A stretch of 64,000 nt of DNA, taken from Planctomycetota bacterium (GTDB lineage: Bacteria > Planctomycetota > Planctomycetia > Pirellulales > Lacipirellulaceae). A model generated the notes under the pieces. It saw nothing but the letters and a program-made list of their open reading frames with translations, made no database searches and had not been told where the DNA came from. Where the stretch lies: NCBI GenBank assembly GCA_039190745.1, contig JBCCXZ010000008.1:20937-84936 (forward strand), read 5' to 3'. The position numbers were made by a program, and so were the translations under genes. This document shows, one piece after another, positions 1-11,693 of this stretch. Positions within the stretch are counted from its first letter, which is position 1. The number at the start of each line of letters is the position of its first letter.

Positions 1-494
1 TTGTAGAGGTCGTCAATTACCATTCCTGGTGACCCCGGGGCCTCAAGCCCTAATCTTGAGATCGTTGAGGTGACTCCTTCGGAATGCGAAAAGACACCAA
101 ACCCAAGAGAAGTAGTTGGGTGAGCACTAGCGTTGAAGACAACCTTCTCGCTGTCTGTGAAGTCGAACCTATCACCCCAGTCATTCAGTCCAAACGACAT
201 CTCGGGAGCATCGGGTTGAGGACTGCCCTGGGCTACGACAAGCCTGAAGGAATCATCAGCGCCAGCACCCTCCATCCAAATACCGTCCGCACCAAACTCT
301 GCCCCGCCAGACACATTGCCTGAGAAGGCAACAACCCCAGAGTTGTTGATCCGTGCGGCTGACAGGGACTCAAAGACCTGCCCGTCGAATCCGGTTGCAG
401 CGTCTCCTGAAACAGCCACGGCGCGATAGGGAATCGCATCTACCTCGCTTGGGCTAAAAAGCAAGAATATCAATGCTGCTAGAGGCCTTCGCAT
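1..494 (-). CDS. Secreted protein with NxxGxxAF-type (choice-of-anchor) tandem repeats; 5' part only, runs off the left edge
   Basis: Not in the ORF track. Manual translation from ATG 494 is open to base 1: MRRPLAALIFLLFSPSEVDA-IPYRAVAVSGDAATG...ARINNSGVVAFSG...GIW...LVVAQGSPQPD. Signal peptide plus INNSGVVAF motif; lower GC than neighbours. Confidence 0.75.
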   Translation of the reverse strand, partial: MRRPLAALIFLLFSPSEVDAIPYRAVAVSGDAATGFDGQVFESLSAARINNSGVVAFSGNVSGGAEFGADGIWMEGAGADDSFRLVVAQGSPQPDAPEMSFGLNDWGDRFDFTDSEKVVFNASAHPTTSLGFGVFSHSEGVTSTISRLGLEAPGSPGMVIDDLY

Positions 495-728
495 CGCAAC
501 CTGGGGGGGTAGGTTCGCGGGAGGTGGCGTACCGCTACGGTTGCAGAGATTAGCGGCTTGTGGCGTGCAGCCAAAGACCAACTGCCCGGTGCCATTGCCA
601 CGCTTGCGAGGCAATGCAGAATACCAATCCGCTGCCCGAATAGCGACAGCCGACCCAAGCCCGGCGCCATGGCCAAGCTCGCGTGAAGGTACCCGGGAAC
701 TGAGCTTGCACGCGACGCCCTAGGAATG

Positions 729-1018
729 GCCCCGGAGGGGCCACGGCGTGTAGCCCGGGGCAAGGACCGCGGGAGCGCAGCGAACCGGGCCGCAGCCCCG
801 GGTTACCGAGAGATTCTTGCCGCGGCCGAGCAGTTGACGCGATTGCGCTCGGCGCATGGCCGAGGCCGGAGCCGTCCTCGGATTGGTTGCGTCCTCGGCA
901 AAGCACCGTCTGCGGCGGCGTCCGACACTCGGACGCGGTGCTTTGCAAACCTCAACCCGGGGCTGCGACTGCCTGCGGCAGTCTTACCCCGGGCTACACG
1001 CTATCGCCCCTCCGGGGC
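729..1018. repeat. Inverted pair of REP-like palindromic units (729-804 and 954-1018) with internal hairpins
   Basis: GCCCCGGAGGGGCCACGGCGTGTAGCCCGGGG...CGCAGCCCCGGGTT versus AACCCGGGGCTGCG...CCCCGGGCTACACGCTATCGCCCCTCCGGGGC; internal GCAAAGCACCG...CGGTGCTTTGC stem. Confidence 0.75.
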
Positions 1019-1081
1019 TTCTTTCAGGGCATGGCAGTGCCGGATGCCAAGCTTCCGCCGCATGAGAGATTCTTGCCGGGG

Positions 1082-1432
1082 TTTCTTGTAGAAAATGGCC
1101 AACTGATCGGGTATACAGGTACCCGCCCTCAGCAACCGCTCTTTGAAAACTCAGCAGTCAGCCGTCAGCCCTGAGCCAGACGACGGCCGCACTCTCTTTG
1201 CGCCTCTGCGTCTCTGCGTGACACCCTTTCCGTCCCCAGAAGCCGCAGAGCCGCACGCAAAACCCGCCCCCGTTCTGTCCACCTCAGAGCGGCCGCGAAC
1301 CAGCAAACGCAGCCACAGACGCAGCAAGCAGCGGTCAAAAGAAAGCGACTTCTGCAAACGGCGCCACGCCAAAACTCCAGTAGTTCTGTCCGCCCGCAAA
1401 TAGCCGCGACTCTACGAGTCGCTGGGGAACCC
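1082..1432 (+). repeat. Partial/rearranged copy (D) of the dispersed ~255-bp element
   Basis: TTTCTTGTAGAAAATGGCC head at 1082; GTCCGCCCGCAAATAGCCGCGACTCTACGAGTCGCTGG core at ~1388-1425; short 7- and 8-bp tandem repeats in between. Confidence 0.65.
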
Positions 1433-1644
1433 CAGGCCCGCGCCGCGGAGAACTCCGCCCCGCCCGACAGAACGACCCGCTTCTGTCCCCGCGGCGCGAT
1501 TCCCGTCCAAGCGGGTCAAAAAACATGGGAGACGGGTGGCACCGACTGTCGGCCGCAGGCCGCGATGCTTCCGGGCAGACTCAATCGGCCGATTGTCGGT
1601 GTGCGAAGCACAGGAGGCAATCAAGCAAGCCCGCGAGCCGGCGC

Positions 1645-2553
1645 TCAGAAAGCATCCGCCGCCCGGTAGGCATCGATGACGGCCCGCTCGCCCTTCTTGC
1701 CCGGCAGCGAGTTCCCGTGCTCCATCCCCACGACGCCGTCAAACCCCTTCCCGTGCAGGTGCTTGAACACGTTGCGGTAGTTGATCTCCCCCGTCCCCGG
1801 CTCCTTGCGTCCCGGGTTGTCGCCCACCTGCACGTAGGCCACCTCGCTCCACGCCATGTCGAAGTTGGGGATGAGGTTCCCCTCCTCGATCTGCTGGTGG
1901 TACACGTCGAACAGGATTTTTACTGAGGGACTATCAACCGCACGGCAAATCTCGTAAGCCTGCGGGATCTTGTGCAGGAACATCCCCGCGTGGTTCGTCC
2001 ACCAGTTCAACGGCTCGAGCACCAGCACCAGCCCCGCCGGCTCGGCGATCTCAGCGCACCGCCGCAGGAGTTCCACACAGTTGGCGGTCTGGTATCCCCA
2101 CTCTTTCGAGCGGTCGTAGAAGCCCGGCACGAGCGTCGCCCACTTCGCGTTCACCCGCTTGGCGACCTCCACGCTCGCCCGCACGTCGTCGAGCACCTTC
2201 TCACGCAAGCCCTCGTCGCTGCCGGCGAAGTCGATCTCCTGGCTGTACCGCACCACAAACACGCCCATCCGCATCCCCAGCCGTTCCATCGCCTTCGCGA
2301 TGCGGTTGTGGTCGTCGACGCTCCGCCGGCGCATGTTGTTGTCTTCCCACGCGGTGAAGCCCTGCTCGGCCGCGAACTCAAGCTGCGCGACCGGGTCTTC
2401 ACCCGCCGACTGCTGGAACATCCCGAAGTGCGGCGCGTAGTGCAGCTTAAAGGGCTTCGCCGCCGCCTGCTCCGCAGCCGAAACCGCGGCCGAAGCCGCC
2501 AAGGCGCCTACGCCCGCCGCCGCACCCACTTTCATCGCGTCTCTACGGATCAT
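1645..2553 (-). CDS. Hydroxypyruvate isomerase-like TIM-barrel protein with twin-arginine signal
   Basis: MIRRDAMKVGAAAG Tat-like leader; LEPLN, KILFDVYHQQ, QVGDNPGRKEPGTGEINY and GMEH motifs. Confidence 0.85.
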   Translation of the reverse strand: MIRRDAMKVGAAAGVGALAASAAVSAAEQAAAKPFKLHYAPHFGMFQQSAGEDPVAQLEFAAEQGFTAWEDNNMRRRSVDDHNRIAKAMERLGMRMGVFVVRYSQEIDFAGSDEGLREKVLDDVRASVEVAKRVNAKWATLVPGFYDRSKEWGYQTANCVELLRRCAEIAEPAGLVLVLEPLNWWTNHAGMFLHKIPQAYEICRAVDSPSVKILFDVYHQQIEEGNLIPNFDMAWSEVAYVQVGDNPGRKEPGTGEINYRNVFKHLHGKGFDGVVGMEHGNSLPGKKGERAVIDAYRAADAF

Positions 2554-2594
2554 CACCACCGCCCCCCTTGTGAAGCCCCAACCAGCCGCGTCCG

Positions 2595-4130
2595 CTAGAC
2601 GTCGAACTTGATGCCCTGCGCCAGCGGCAGCTCGTCGGAGTAGTTGATCGTGTTGGTCGTCCGCCGCATGTACTGCTTCCACGAGTCGCTGCCCGACTCG
2701 CGGCCGCCGCCGGTCTCCTTCTCCCCGCCGAAAGCGCCGCCGATCTCGGCGCCGCTCGTGCCGATGTTCACGTTCACGATGCCGCAGTCCGAACCGGCCG
2801 GCGAGCAGAACCGCTCCGCCTCCTGCATGTCGGTCGTTAGGATAGCCGACGCGAGCCCCTGGGGCACGCTGTTGTGCAACTCGATCGCGTCCCCGAGGTC
2901 GCTGTAGCGGATCAGGTACAGGATCGGGGCGAACGTCTCCTTCTGCACCACGCCAGCCGAACCGTCGATCTCCACGATCGCCGGCCGCACGTACACGCCG
3001 CCCGGCACGCCCTCGGTCACCCGGCCCCCGCCGTGGACCGTGCCGCCCTGCTCCTGCGCCTCGGCGAGCGTCGCGTCCATCGCCTCGCCCGCCGCGGCGT
3101 CGATCAGCGGCCCGACCAGCGTGCCGGCGGCCGTCGGGTCTCCGATCGGCAGCTTCTCATAGACTTGCAGCAAGCGTTCTTTCAACTGATCGGCCAGCGA
3201 ATCATGCACAATCAGCCGCCGCAGCGACGTGCACCGCTGCCCGCATGTGCCGACCGCGGCGAACACGATCGACCGCACCGCCAGTTCCATGTCGGCCGAC
3301 GGCGTGACGATCAGCCCGTTGTTGCCGCCCAACTCCAAGAGCGACCGGCCCAGCCGGGCCGCCACGGTCTGCGCCACCGCGCGGCCCATCGGGATCGAAC
3401 CGGTCGCCGAAATCAGCGGCAGCTTCGGCGAGGCCGCCAGCCGCTGCCCCACGTCGGCGCCGCCGACCACCACGCTGGAGATTGCCGCCAGCACGCCCTC
3501 GGTCTCGTTCACCGTTTTCAGGAACAGGCTCTGGCAAGCCAGCGCCGTCAGCGGCGTCTTCTCCGAGGGCTTCCACACCAGCGTGTCGCCGCAGACCCAG
3601 GCGATCGCCGCGTTCCAAGCCCACACCGCGACGGGGAAGTTGAACGCGCTGATCACGCCGATCGGCCCCAGCGGGTGCCACTGCTCCATCAGCCGGTGCC
3701 CGGGACGCTCGCTGGCGATCGTCTTGCCGTAGAGCTGCCGGCTCAGGCCGACCGCGAAGTCGCAGATGTCGATCATCTCCTGCACCTCGCCGAGCGACTC
3801 CTGCAGGATCTTGCCCGCCTCCCAACTCACCAGCAGGCCCAGGTCGTCCTTGTGCTCGCGGAGCTTCTCGCCGAACCGCCGAACGAACTCGCCGCGGACC
3901 GGCGCGGGCACGCTCCGCCACTCGCGGAAGGCCGCGGCCGCCGCGTCGATCGCGCTGTCCACCTGCTCGGGCGTGGCCAGCTTCAGGGTCGCCAACGGCT
4001 CGCCGTCGATCGGCGAAAGCACCGTGTGCTCTGCGCCTTCGCCCGCGGCCCAGCGATCGGCCTCCGCCACCGCCAACGCGGGCGTCGGCACGCCCAGTTT
4101 CTTCAGTGCCGACTCGACCTGATCGTTCAT
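2595..4130 (-). CDS. Aldehyde dehydrogenase, ALDH7 / piperideine-6-carboxylate (aminoadipate-semialdehyde) dehydrogenase type
   Basis: GEVQEMIDICDFAVGLSRQLYG, SERPGH, LELGGNN, GQRCT and GGEKETGGGRESGSDSWKQYMRR, typical of ALDH7. Confidence 0.9.
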   Translation of the reverse strand: MNDQVESALKKLGVPTPALAVAEADRWAAGEGAEHTVLSPIDGEPLATLKLATPEQVDSAIDAAAAAFREWRSVPAPVRGEFVRRFGEKLREHKDDLGLLVSWEAGKILQESLGEVQEMIDICDFAVGLSRQLYGKTIASERPGHRLMEQWHPLGPIGVISAFNFPVAVWAWNAAIAWVCGDTLVWKPSEKTPLTALACQSLFLKTVNETEGVLAAISSVVVGGADVGQRLAASPKLPLISATGSIPMGRAVAQTVAARLGRSLLELGGNNGLIVTPSADMELAVRSIVFAAVGTCGQRCTSLRRLIVHDSLADQLKERLLQVYEKLPIGDPTAAGTLVGPLIDAAAGEAMDATLAEAQEQGGTVHGGGRVTEGVPGGVYVRPAIVEIDGSAGVVQKETFAPILYLIRYSDLGDAIELHNSVPQGLASAILTTDMQEAERFCSPAGSDCGIVNVNIGTSGAEIGGAFGGEKETGGGRESGSDSWKQYMRRTTNTINYSDELPLAQGIKFDV

Positions 4131-4381
4131 CTTTCTCTACTCGCCGTTGGGTGTGTGAAATGCAGGCGGGGTGCGTTGTGCCACCACGCCGGTCTCTGTT
4201 TTGCGGTCTCCGGTCGCCGCTACGCGCAGCTTTCTCCGGCCCGGCAGCAACACCAATTGAGCCCCGGGGAGCGTTATGTTTCACTAGCTCGTAGAGGGCT
4301 GTCAACCAGACGCAAATGCGTTTGCCTTCCCCGCAGCCCAGCCCGTCCATTGTGCCTTTCGTTACGCGTGGAAACCCGACC

Positions 4382-5755
<1,374 letters not shown>

Positions 5756-5777
5756 GCGCAACCTTCTTGGCGGCTCT

Positions 5778-6224
5778 TCAGAACGCCAGCCGCAGTAATT
5801 CCTCACCCTCCTCGACCTCGCCCGTCGCCTCGAAACCCAGCTTCTCGTAGAACCTACGCGCATTCCCTTCGCGGGGAATGACACTGGTCATGAGGCACGA
5901 CGCGCCCGGCTTCTGCCGTACGCGCTCAATCACCTGAAGCAGCGCGTCGCGGCCCAGCCCGCGCCCCTGGTGCCGCACGTCGATCATAAACCGCCACAAG
6001 AAGTACTCCGGCTTCGCCTCGTCCTCGCTCAGCATCACGAAGCCGACCGCTTCACCCCCGGCGTAGATCGCCCGGAACCAGGCCAGATCGGAGTAATGCC
6101 CCTGCGCGATCGAGGCGGCGTTCGACGCGACCAACCGCTTCTGGGTCTCGTGAACCGAAAGCCGGAGGACGTCGATCAGGTTGTCCTCGGTGATCTCACA
6201 CAGCTCGGTTTGGTAAACCGCCAT
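5778..6224 (-). CDS. GNAT N-acetyltransferase (spermidine/polyamine acetyltransferase-like)
   Basis: LWRFMIDVRHQGRGLG acetyl-CoA motif; N..ARRFYEKLGF. Confidence 0.85.
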   Translation of the reverse strand: MAVYQTELCEITEDNLIDVLRLSVHETQKRLVASNAASIAQGHYSDLAWFRAIYAGGEAVGFVMLSEDEAKPEYFLWRFMIDVRHQGRGLGRDALLQVIERVRQKPGASCLMTSVIPREGNARRFYEKLGFEATGEVEEGEELLRLAF

Positions 6225-6289
6225 GCTACCTTACCTCAGGATGGGCCGTGATTCGCGCATAGCGAAGACACACTTGGCCTAAAGCGGGT

Positions 6290-7408
6290 TCACCCAAATC
6301 GCACGGCAGACAGAAAACCAATCGGCAAATCTGTCCCGCCATCGATCGCCAACCCCACCAACGCCTCCCCCAACACCGGCGCAAACTTGAAGCCGTGCCC
6401 CGACAGCCCCGCCGCGATGGCCACGTTCGGCTCGCCTGGCAGACGGTCTACCACGAAGTGGCCGTCGGCAGTCATCGTGTACATGCACACCGCGTGATCG
6501 GCAAACGCCTCGCACGCCGCCGGCAAGCACTCTTGGCGGAAGGCGTCGACCCGCCCTAACTCCTCGGTGTCCAGCCCCCGGTCGATCGTCGACGGGTCCG
6601 CCACTTCGACGCCGCCCGAATGCTCCGCCAGTTTGAACCCGCGGCCGTCGAGCGGTTTCGTGCCGTAGTAATGCCCCTCGGGCGTCTCGAACAGGAACAC
6701 CGAGGGCACTGAGGACTCTTCGAAACCCTCGGAGGCGGCGCACCAATGCAAGGGCTTCCGCTGCACCTCCAAGGGTGTGCCTAAAGACGCGAGCAGTTCT
6801 CCCGCCCAGGGCCCCGCCGCGATCACCGCCGCCTTCGCGCTCCGATCACCCGCCTCGGTCTCAATCACGACCGTCTGCCCCGGGCGCCAGCCGTTCACGA
6901 CAACACCGGTCTCGATCTCCGCACCAAACTGCTTCGCGATCTCAAGGTGCGCCGCAACGCAGTCTTCCACGAGGAGGTACCCTGCCTTCGGCTCGAATGC
7001 CCCGACCGACCCCTCCGCCACCCGGATGCCCGGCCAACGCCGCAACACTTCTTCCCGGCTCAGCTGTTCGATGGCCAAACCGTGCAACCCTGCCGCGTGC
7101 AGCACTCCCGAAACCACCTCGCCCTCAGGAGGGCCGACCTGGAGCAACCCGGATTGGAAGAACAGTCGCCGGCCCGTCTCGGCCTCCAGCTCCGCCCACA
7201 GCCGGTACGCCTCCACCGCGAGCGGCACGTAATCGGGGTGTTCAAAGTAAGCCTGACGAATAATCCGCGAGTGCCCGTGCGAACTGCCCATGCCGTGCGG
7301 GGGCTCGAATCGGTCGATCCCCAGCACCCGCAGCCCACGCCGAGCCGCCGCGGCCAGCGCCGCGCTCCCAACGCCGCCCAGCCCTACCACAATCAGGTCG
7401 TAGTCCAT
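6290..7408 (-). CDS. solA: FAD-dependent N-methylamino-acid oxidase (SolA / sarcosine oxidase / pipecolate oxidase family)
   Basis: GLGGVG dinucleotide fold, GSSHGHSRIIRQAY, CMYT (FAD-linked Cys), SGHGFKFAP. Confidence 0.85.
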   Translation of the reverse strand: MDYDLIVVGLGGVGSAALAAAARRGLRVLGIDRFEPPHGMGSSHGHSRIIRQAYFEHPDYVPLAVEAYRLWAELEAETGRRLFFQSGLLQVGPPEGEVVSGVLHAAGLHGLAIEQLSREEVLRRWPGIRVAEGSVGAFEPKAGYLLVEDCVAAHLEIAKQFGAEIETGVVVNGWRPGQTVVIETEAGDRSAKAAVIAAGPWAGELLASLGTPLEVQRKPLHWCAASEGFEESSVPSVFLFETPEGHYYGTKPLDGRGFKLAEHSGGVEVADPSTIDRGLDTEELGRVDAFRQECLPAACEAFADHAVCMYTMTADGHFVVDRLPGEPNVAIAAGLSGHGFKFAPVLGEALVGLAIDGGTDLPIGFLSAVRFG

Positions 7409-7616
7409 GGTCTGCGTCGCGTTTCCCGCGGTTTATTCCGCCTCGTCTCACCGCGTAGCCGACGAAGCCGATGTTGAGCCGTCCCAACGATTTGGGTAAT
7501 TTACGTGCAACCCGCAAAGTGCGTAGCCGGACCCCGCCGGCCAGCACCAGCCGGGGCCTCTCCGGAGGGCCTCGTCGCCCTTTCGTTACGATCGATTCTC
7601 GCAAGGACGCGAACCC

Positions 7617-10604
7617 ATGAGAATCCTGAAACTCACGCTCCGCCCGAGTGGCGACTGGGCCGCCGCCGACAGTGTCGTCGCCTACGGTTCCGCAGCCGAC
7701 AGAGCTCCGCTGCGGGTGGACCTCTCCGACCGCCCGTTCACGGTCGTCCACAGCAACCAGCATCACAAGCTCAACGCCACGTCAGACGCCATACGGCATA
7801 CGCTCTACGGCACGCCGCGCAGCGATGGCTTATTCTTCTCTGCTGAACAGCCGTTGCTCGCGTCGGTGGGAGTCACCGCCGGCAACGCCGAGTATACCCT
7901 GCAACGACCGGGCGATGGCCCGCTGCGCTTCACAGCGGCAGACGGAGCAGGACCGGGCGAAGCCAAGCAGCTGTTCCCCGAACTAGAACGCCTCGCCCCG
8001 TCGGCGGCCGATACCCTTCACGCAGTCGACCTTCACGACGAAGCCGGCCTCAACGCCCTGCTCAACCCCGGGTTCACCCGCGAGTTCCGCCGCGCCGTCC
8101 ACGATCTCCGCGCCCCGACCTCCGTCGATCGCGCAAGCCTGCTCCACCGGCGCGACGCCCTCGCCAAACAGATCGAGGAGCTGCTTGCCGAGAGCCGCGC
8201 AACCAGCACCGATCTTACAGCCGCCATCGAACAGATCGACCATAAGCTCGCCGAGCTCGACCAGCACGCCGCCCGGCTCCGCGACGAGCTGCACGGCCTC
8301 AACACCGCCGCCGGTTGGGAGAAGGCCGAAGCCCTACGCCGCGAGATCGAATCCCGCGCCACGGTGCTCACCGAAGCCGACCGCAAACGCATCGAGTCGG
8401 AGGCCGCTGCGCTCGACCAACAAGTCGTCGACTGCCGCTCCACGGTCCGTCAGCTCGAAACGCGCCAGCAAGAGCTCCGGCGCGTCGTCGCCGAGACACA
8501 GCCAGACGGGCGTGCCGACGGCCCCGGCGGCGTCTTCCAACAACGCGAGGCCATCGCCTCCGCCGAGCGGGTGCTCGACGCGCTTGACGCCGAGGTCGGC
8601 CAAGTCGCCGCCGCCATCGAGTCGGACAAACCCATCGACCGCGCCGCCCACGCCAAGCTCCGCCCACTGGCTGCAATGCTCCGCGAGCAGCTCAACGGAC
8701 TCTGCAGTTTGGTTGTCGAGCAGCAACGCGCCCAGCAACGCCGCGACGCGGTCGCCGAGCAGCGTCAGCTCGAACGGGCGCTCGCTGAACTCGCCGACCG
8801 GCTTGAGCTGTTGCTCTCGCAACGCGAGTCGCTCGTCGCCCCGCTCAACACCCGCTGGACACCCCGCATACTGCCGCCCGAGAAGCGGCGAGGCGCTTAT
8901 GAAGCAACGCGGTCTTCGGAGAAACACTACCCGGAGAACCTCGCCGACGAGCAGCACCGCCTCGCCGCCGAACTCTGCCGCGTTGAGACCGGGGCCGAAG
9001 ACCTCCGCATCCGCAAGCAAGAGCTGCAAGACCAACGCGCAAGGCTGGTCACCACCGCCCGCGTCGACCGGCTCCAAGCGGAACTCGCCGACATCGAGAA
9101 CCGACTCCGCACCGGCGTGCCAGCGCAAGAAGACCAACCACCCGCCACGCTCCGCGCCTCCGACCTGCTCGCACAACTCACCGCCGGCGAGCTCGTCCAG
9201 CTCCGCCCCGCCGCCGACGGCCGCGCCGTCTCCGTCATCGACCGCCGCGGCGACAGGTGGGACTCTTCCCGCATCACCCCTCAGCTCCGCGACCAACTCT
9301 TTCTTGCCATGCAGCTCGCCATGGTGGACGCCTGCGCCGCACGCGGCATCCGCCTGCCCGTGGTGCTCAACGCCCCGTTCACCCGGCTCGACGGCCAAGC
9401 CTCCGCGGCCCTGGCCGCCGTGCTCGGCGACTTCGCCCTCCGCGGCAACCAGGTCGTCGTCCTCACCGACAGCGAACAAGCCCTCGGCCACTGCCTCGCC
9501 AGCGGAGCCGTGCTCTGCCGATTCAACGAGCCGGTGCAGCTACCAACACCCGCTCCCCCGGTCGCCTCCTCAAAACTCCGCGTCGTCCGCGAGCCCCGCG
9601 ACGGCTCCGACTCCTACAGCGCGAAGACCGACTGCGAATCCAGCGACCCCGACGATGTCTTCTACCTCCGCCTTACCAGCCAGATGCACGCGTTCCCCGT
9701 GCTCGGTGACGAGACCGGCGAGGCATTCTCCGCCGCCGGCATCACCACCGTCGCCGACCTGCTCGACGCCGATCCAGAAACCCTCGCCCGCCGCCTCGAC
9801 CGCCCCCGCATCACCTCCACCACCGTACGGCTCTGGCAGACGCACACGCGCCTGCTCTGCACCATCCCCGGCGTCACACTCGCCGACGCCCAGGTGCTCG
9901 CCGCCGCCGGCTTCGGCCCGCTCCGCACGCTGGCCGGCGCTACGGTCGACTCTATCCGCGACAGCGTTGACGACGTCCTCGCCACCGAAGAAGGCAGCCG
10001 CTTCAGCCGGGCCGCCGCCTACCTTACGCCCGACCGCCTCGAAGCCTGGATCGCCGCCGCCCAAGAGACTGTCCGCCGCGGAGCGGCCCGCCCCTCGAAC
10101 AAGCCCAAGCAACGCGCTCGCAAGACCGCCAAGACTGCCGCGGCCAGCAAACCCAAACCGACCGTCCGCAAGTTCTACCTCTCGCTCGACAGCGACGTCG
10201 AAGACGGCCCCTCCATCGGGCCCAAGACCGCCGAGAAGCTCGCCGCGGTCGGCGTCCGCACCGTTGCCGACCTGCTCAACGCCGACCCCGCCTCCGTCGC
10301 CGATGAGCTCGACGTGTCGCACATCCGCGCCGCCCAGCTCGTCGACTGGCAGCACCAGGCCCGCCTCGTCTGCCGCGTCCCCAACCTGCGGGGAACCGGT
10401 GCTCAACTGCTTGTCGCCTGCGGCTTCACCAAGGCCGAACAAATCGCCAGCGCCGAGCCCGAGTCCTTCGTCCGAAAGATCGCCGCCTTCTGCCGCTCCA
10501 AGCCCGGCGAGCGCATCCTCCGCGGCAGCAAAGCCCCCGCCCCCGAGCGGATCGCCGGTTGGATCAAGAACGCGGCCGCAGCACGCTCGCTGGAAGCGGC
10601 CTAG
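7617..10604 (+). CDS. Coiled-coil SbcC/YhaN-like protein with degenerate ATPase motifs and two C-terminal DUF4332-like helix-hairpin-helix domains
   Basis: Long coiled coil; RDQLFLAMQLA and LPVVLNAPFTRLD (decayed signature/Walker B); repeated GITTVADLLDADP / IGPKTAEKLAAVGVRTVADLL. Confidence 0.75.
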   Translation: MRILKLTLRPSGDWAAADSVVAYGSAADRAPLRVDLSDRPFTVVHSNQHHKLNATSDAIRHTLYGTPRSDGLFFSAEQPLLASVGVTAGNAEYTLQRPGDGPLRFTAADGAGPGEAKQLFPELERLAPSAADTLHAVDLHDEAGLNALLNPGFTREFRRAVHDLRAPTSVDRASLLHRRDALAKQIEELLAESRATSTDLTAAIEQIDHKLAELDQHAARLRDELHGLNTAAGWEKAEALRREIESRATVLTEADRKRIESEAAALDQQVVDCRSTVRQLETRQQELRRVVAETQPDGRADGPGGVFQQREAIASAERVLDALDAEVGQVAAAIESDKPIDRAAHAKLRPLAAMLREQLNGLCSLVVEQQRAQQRRDAVAEQRQLERALAELADRLELLLSQRESLVAPLNTRWTPRILPPEKRRGAYEATRSSEKHYPENLADEQHRLAAELCRVETGAEDLRIRKQELQDQRARLVTTARVDRLQAELADIENRLRTGVPAQEDQPPATLRASDLLAQLTAGELVQLRPAADGRAVSVIDRRGDRWDSSRITPQLRDQLFLAMQLAMVDACAARGIRLPVVLNAPFTRLDGQASAALAAVLGDFALRGNQVVVLTDSEQALGHCLASGAVLCRFNEPVQLPTPAPPVASSKLRVVREPRDGSDSYSAKTDCESSDPDDVFYLRLTSQMHAFPVLGDETGEAFSAAGITTVADLLDADPETLARRLDRPRITSTTVRLWQTHTRLLCTIPGVTLADAQVLAAAGFGPLRTLAGATVDSIRDSVDDVLATEEGSRFSRAAAYLTPDRLEAWIAAAQETVRRGAARPSNKPKQRARKTAKTAAASKPKPTVRKFYLSLDSDVEDGPSIGPKTAEKLAAVGVRTVADLLNADPASVADELDVSHIRAAQLVDWQHQARLVCRVPNLRGTGAQLLVACGFTKAEQIASAEPESFVRKIAAFCRSKPGERILRGSKAPAPERIAGWIKNAAAARSLEAA

Positions 10605-10885
10605 CACCCGGCCTCAGGGGAAAAAGCTTTCACCCCACAGACGGCCAGCCGCACCCTCCCATCCAAACCCCTCCTGCCCCAACCCGTTGCCCCGTCGCCC
10701 CGCCTTTGACACCTTTTTCACCGCCGTCCTATACTTGTAGTAGAGCGCAAGCCGCGTAGCCGTATAAGGCTCCCGCACGATCGCGTCTCGATTCGCGAGC
10801 CCGGGCCAAGACACCACCCCCCGGCTCGGAGCGGAAGGACACCCGCCAGCAGGCTGCACACACGAAGAAGGGACACCCCCACGCG

Positions 10886-11629
10886 ATGAATCCGTACAGC
10901 TCGCTTTCGGACGACTTCTACCTCAACCTCAATCTCAGCACCGAGATGGAGCTCCCCAGCGCCCGCGAAACGGTGCTGCACTACTTCGAGCAGATCCAGA
11001 AGAAGTTCCCCCAGATGCGGAACTTCTACTCCCGAGACAAGAACGACTTCGTCCTCGAAGAAGACAAAGACCGCGGCAACTACCGCTGGGCCACCGTCGA
11101 GCCCCGCCGCATCTGCTCCGGGCAAGTGAACCCCGAGTCGCTCGAAGACGCCCTCGTGCAGCACCGCCACGTGCTCGACACGGCGCCCTACGCCCTCTCG
11201 ATCAGCCCGCTCGACTGCGAGGCCCTCGACCTCATGCTGGGCTTCGACTTCACCTACCGCGGCAACCACAACCAGCTCATCGCCGAGGCCCTCGGCATCT
11301 GCCCCGCGATGGAACGGCTCAGCCACATCCCCGGCAGCACCATCATCAACAACGAGCCGAACCTCACGTTCGCCCTCGACGAAGAGTGCCGCCTGCAGTG
11401 CCGCCTGAGCGTCGAGCCCCGCACCAACGCCTACCAGATCCGCACCGGCGAGTACCAGGAAGACCAGATCAGCGTCTACGTCACCGCCCGCCAATACGGC
11501 AGCCTCGGCGCCGACGACACCTTCCTCAAGGCCCTCGACCGCCTCACCGACGTCTGCCGCGAAGTAGTAGACGACTACGTGGTCGACGCCATTCTCCAAC
11601 CGCTGGCGCGAACGATTTCGCTGGAGTAG
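10886..11629 (+). CDS. Conserved hypothetical protein
   Basis: 247-aa ORF with strong GC3 bias and upstream AGAAGGGA RBS-like sequence. Confidence 0.8.
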   Translation: MNPYSSLSDDFYLNLNLSTEMELPSARETVLHYFEQIQKKFPQMRNFYSRDKNDFVLEEDKDRGNYRWATVEPRRICSGQVNPESLEDALVQHRHVLDTAPYALSISPLDCEALDLMLGFDFTYRGNHNQLIAEALGICPAMERLSHIPGSTIINNEPNLTFALDEECRLQCRLSVEPRTNAYQIRTGEYQEDQISVYVTARQYGSLGADDTFLKALDRLTDVCREVVDDYVVDAILQPLARTISLE

Positions 11630-11693
11630 CTCGCACCCCTTCCGGGGTCAGTATTTCTCTCTGCTGCGCGACCCGTACGTCTGTCGTTCGAGA

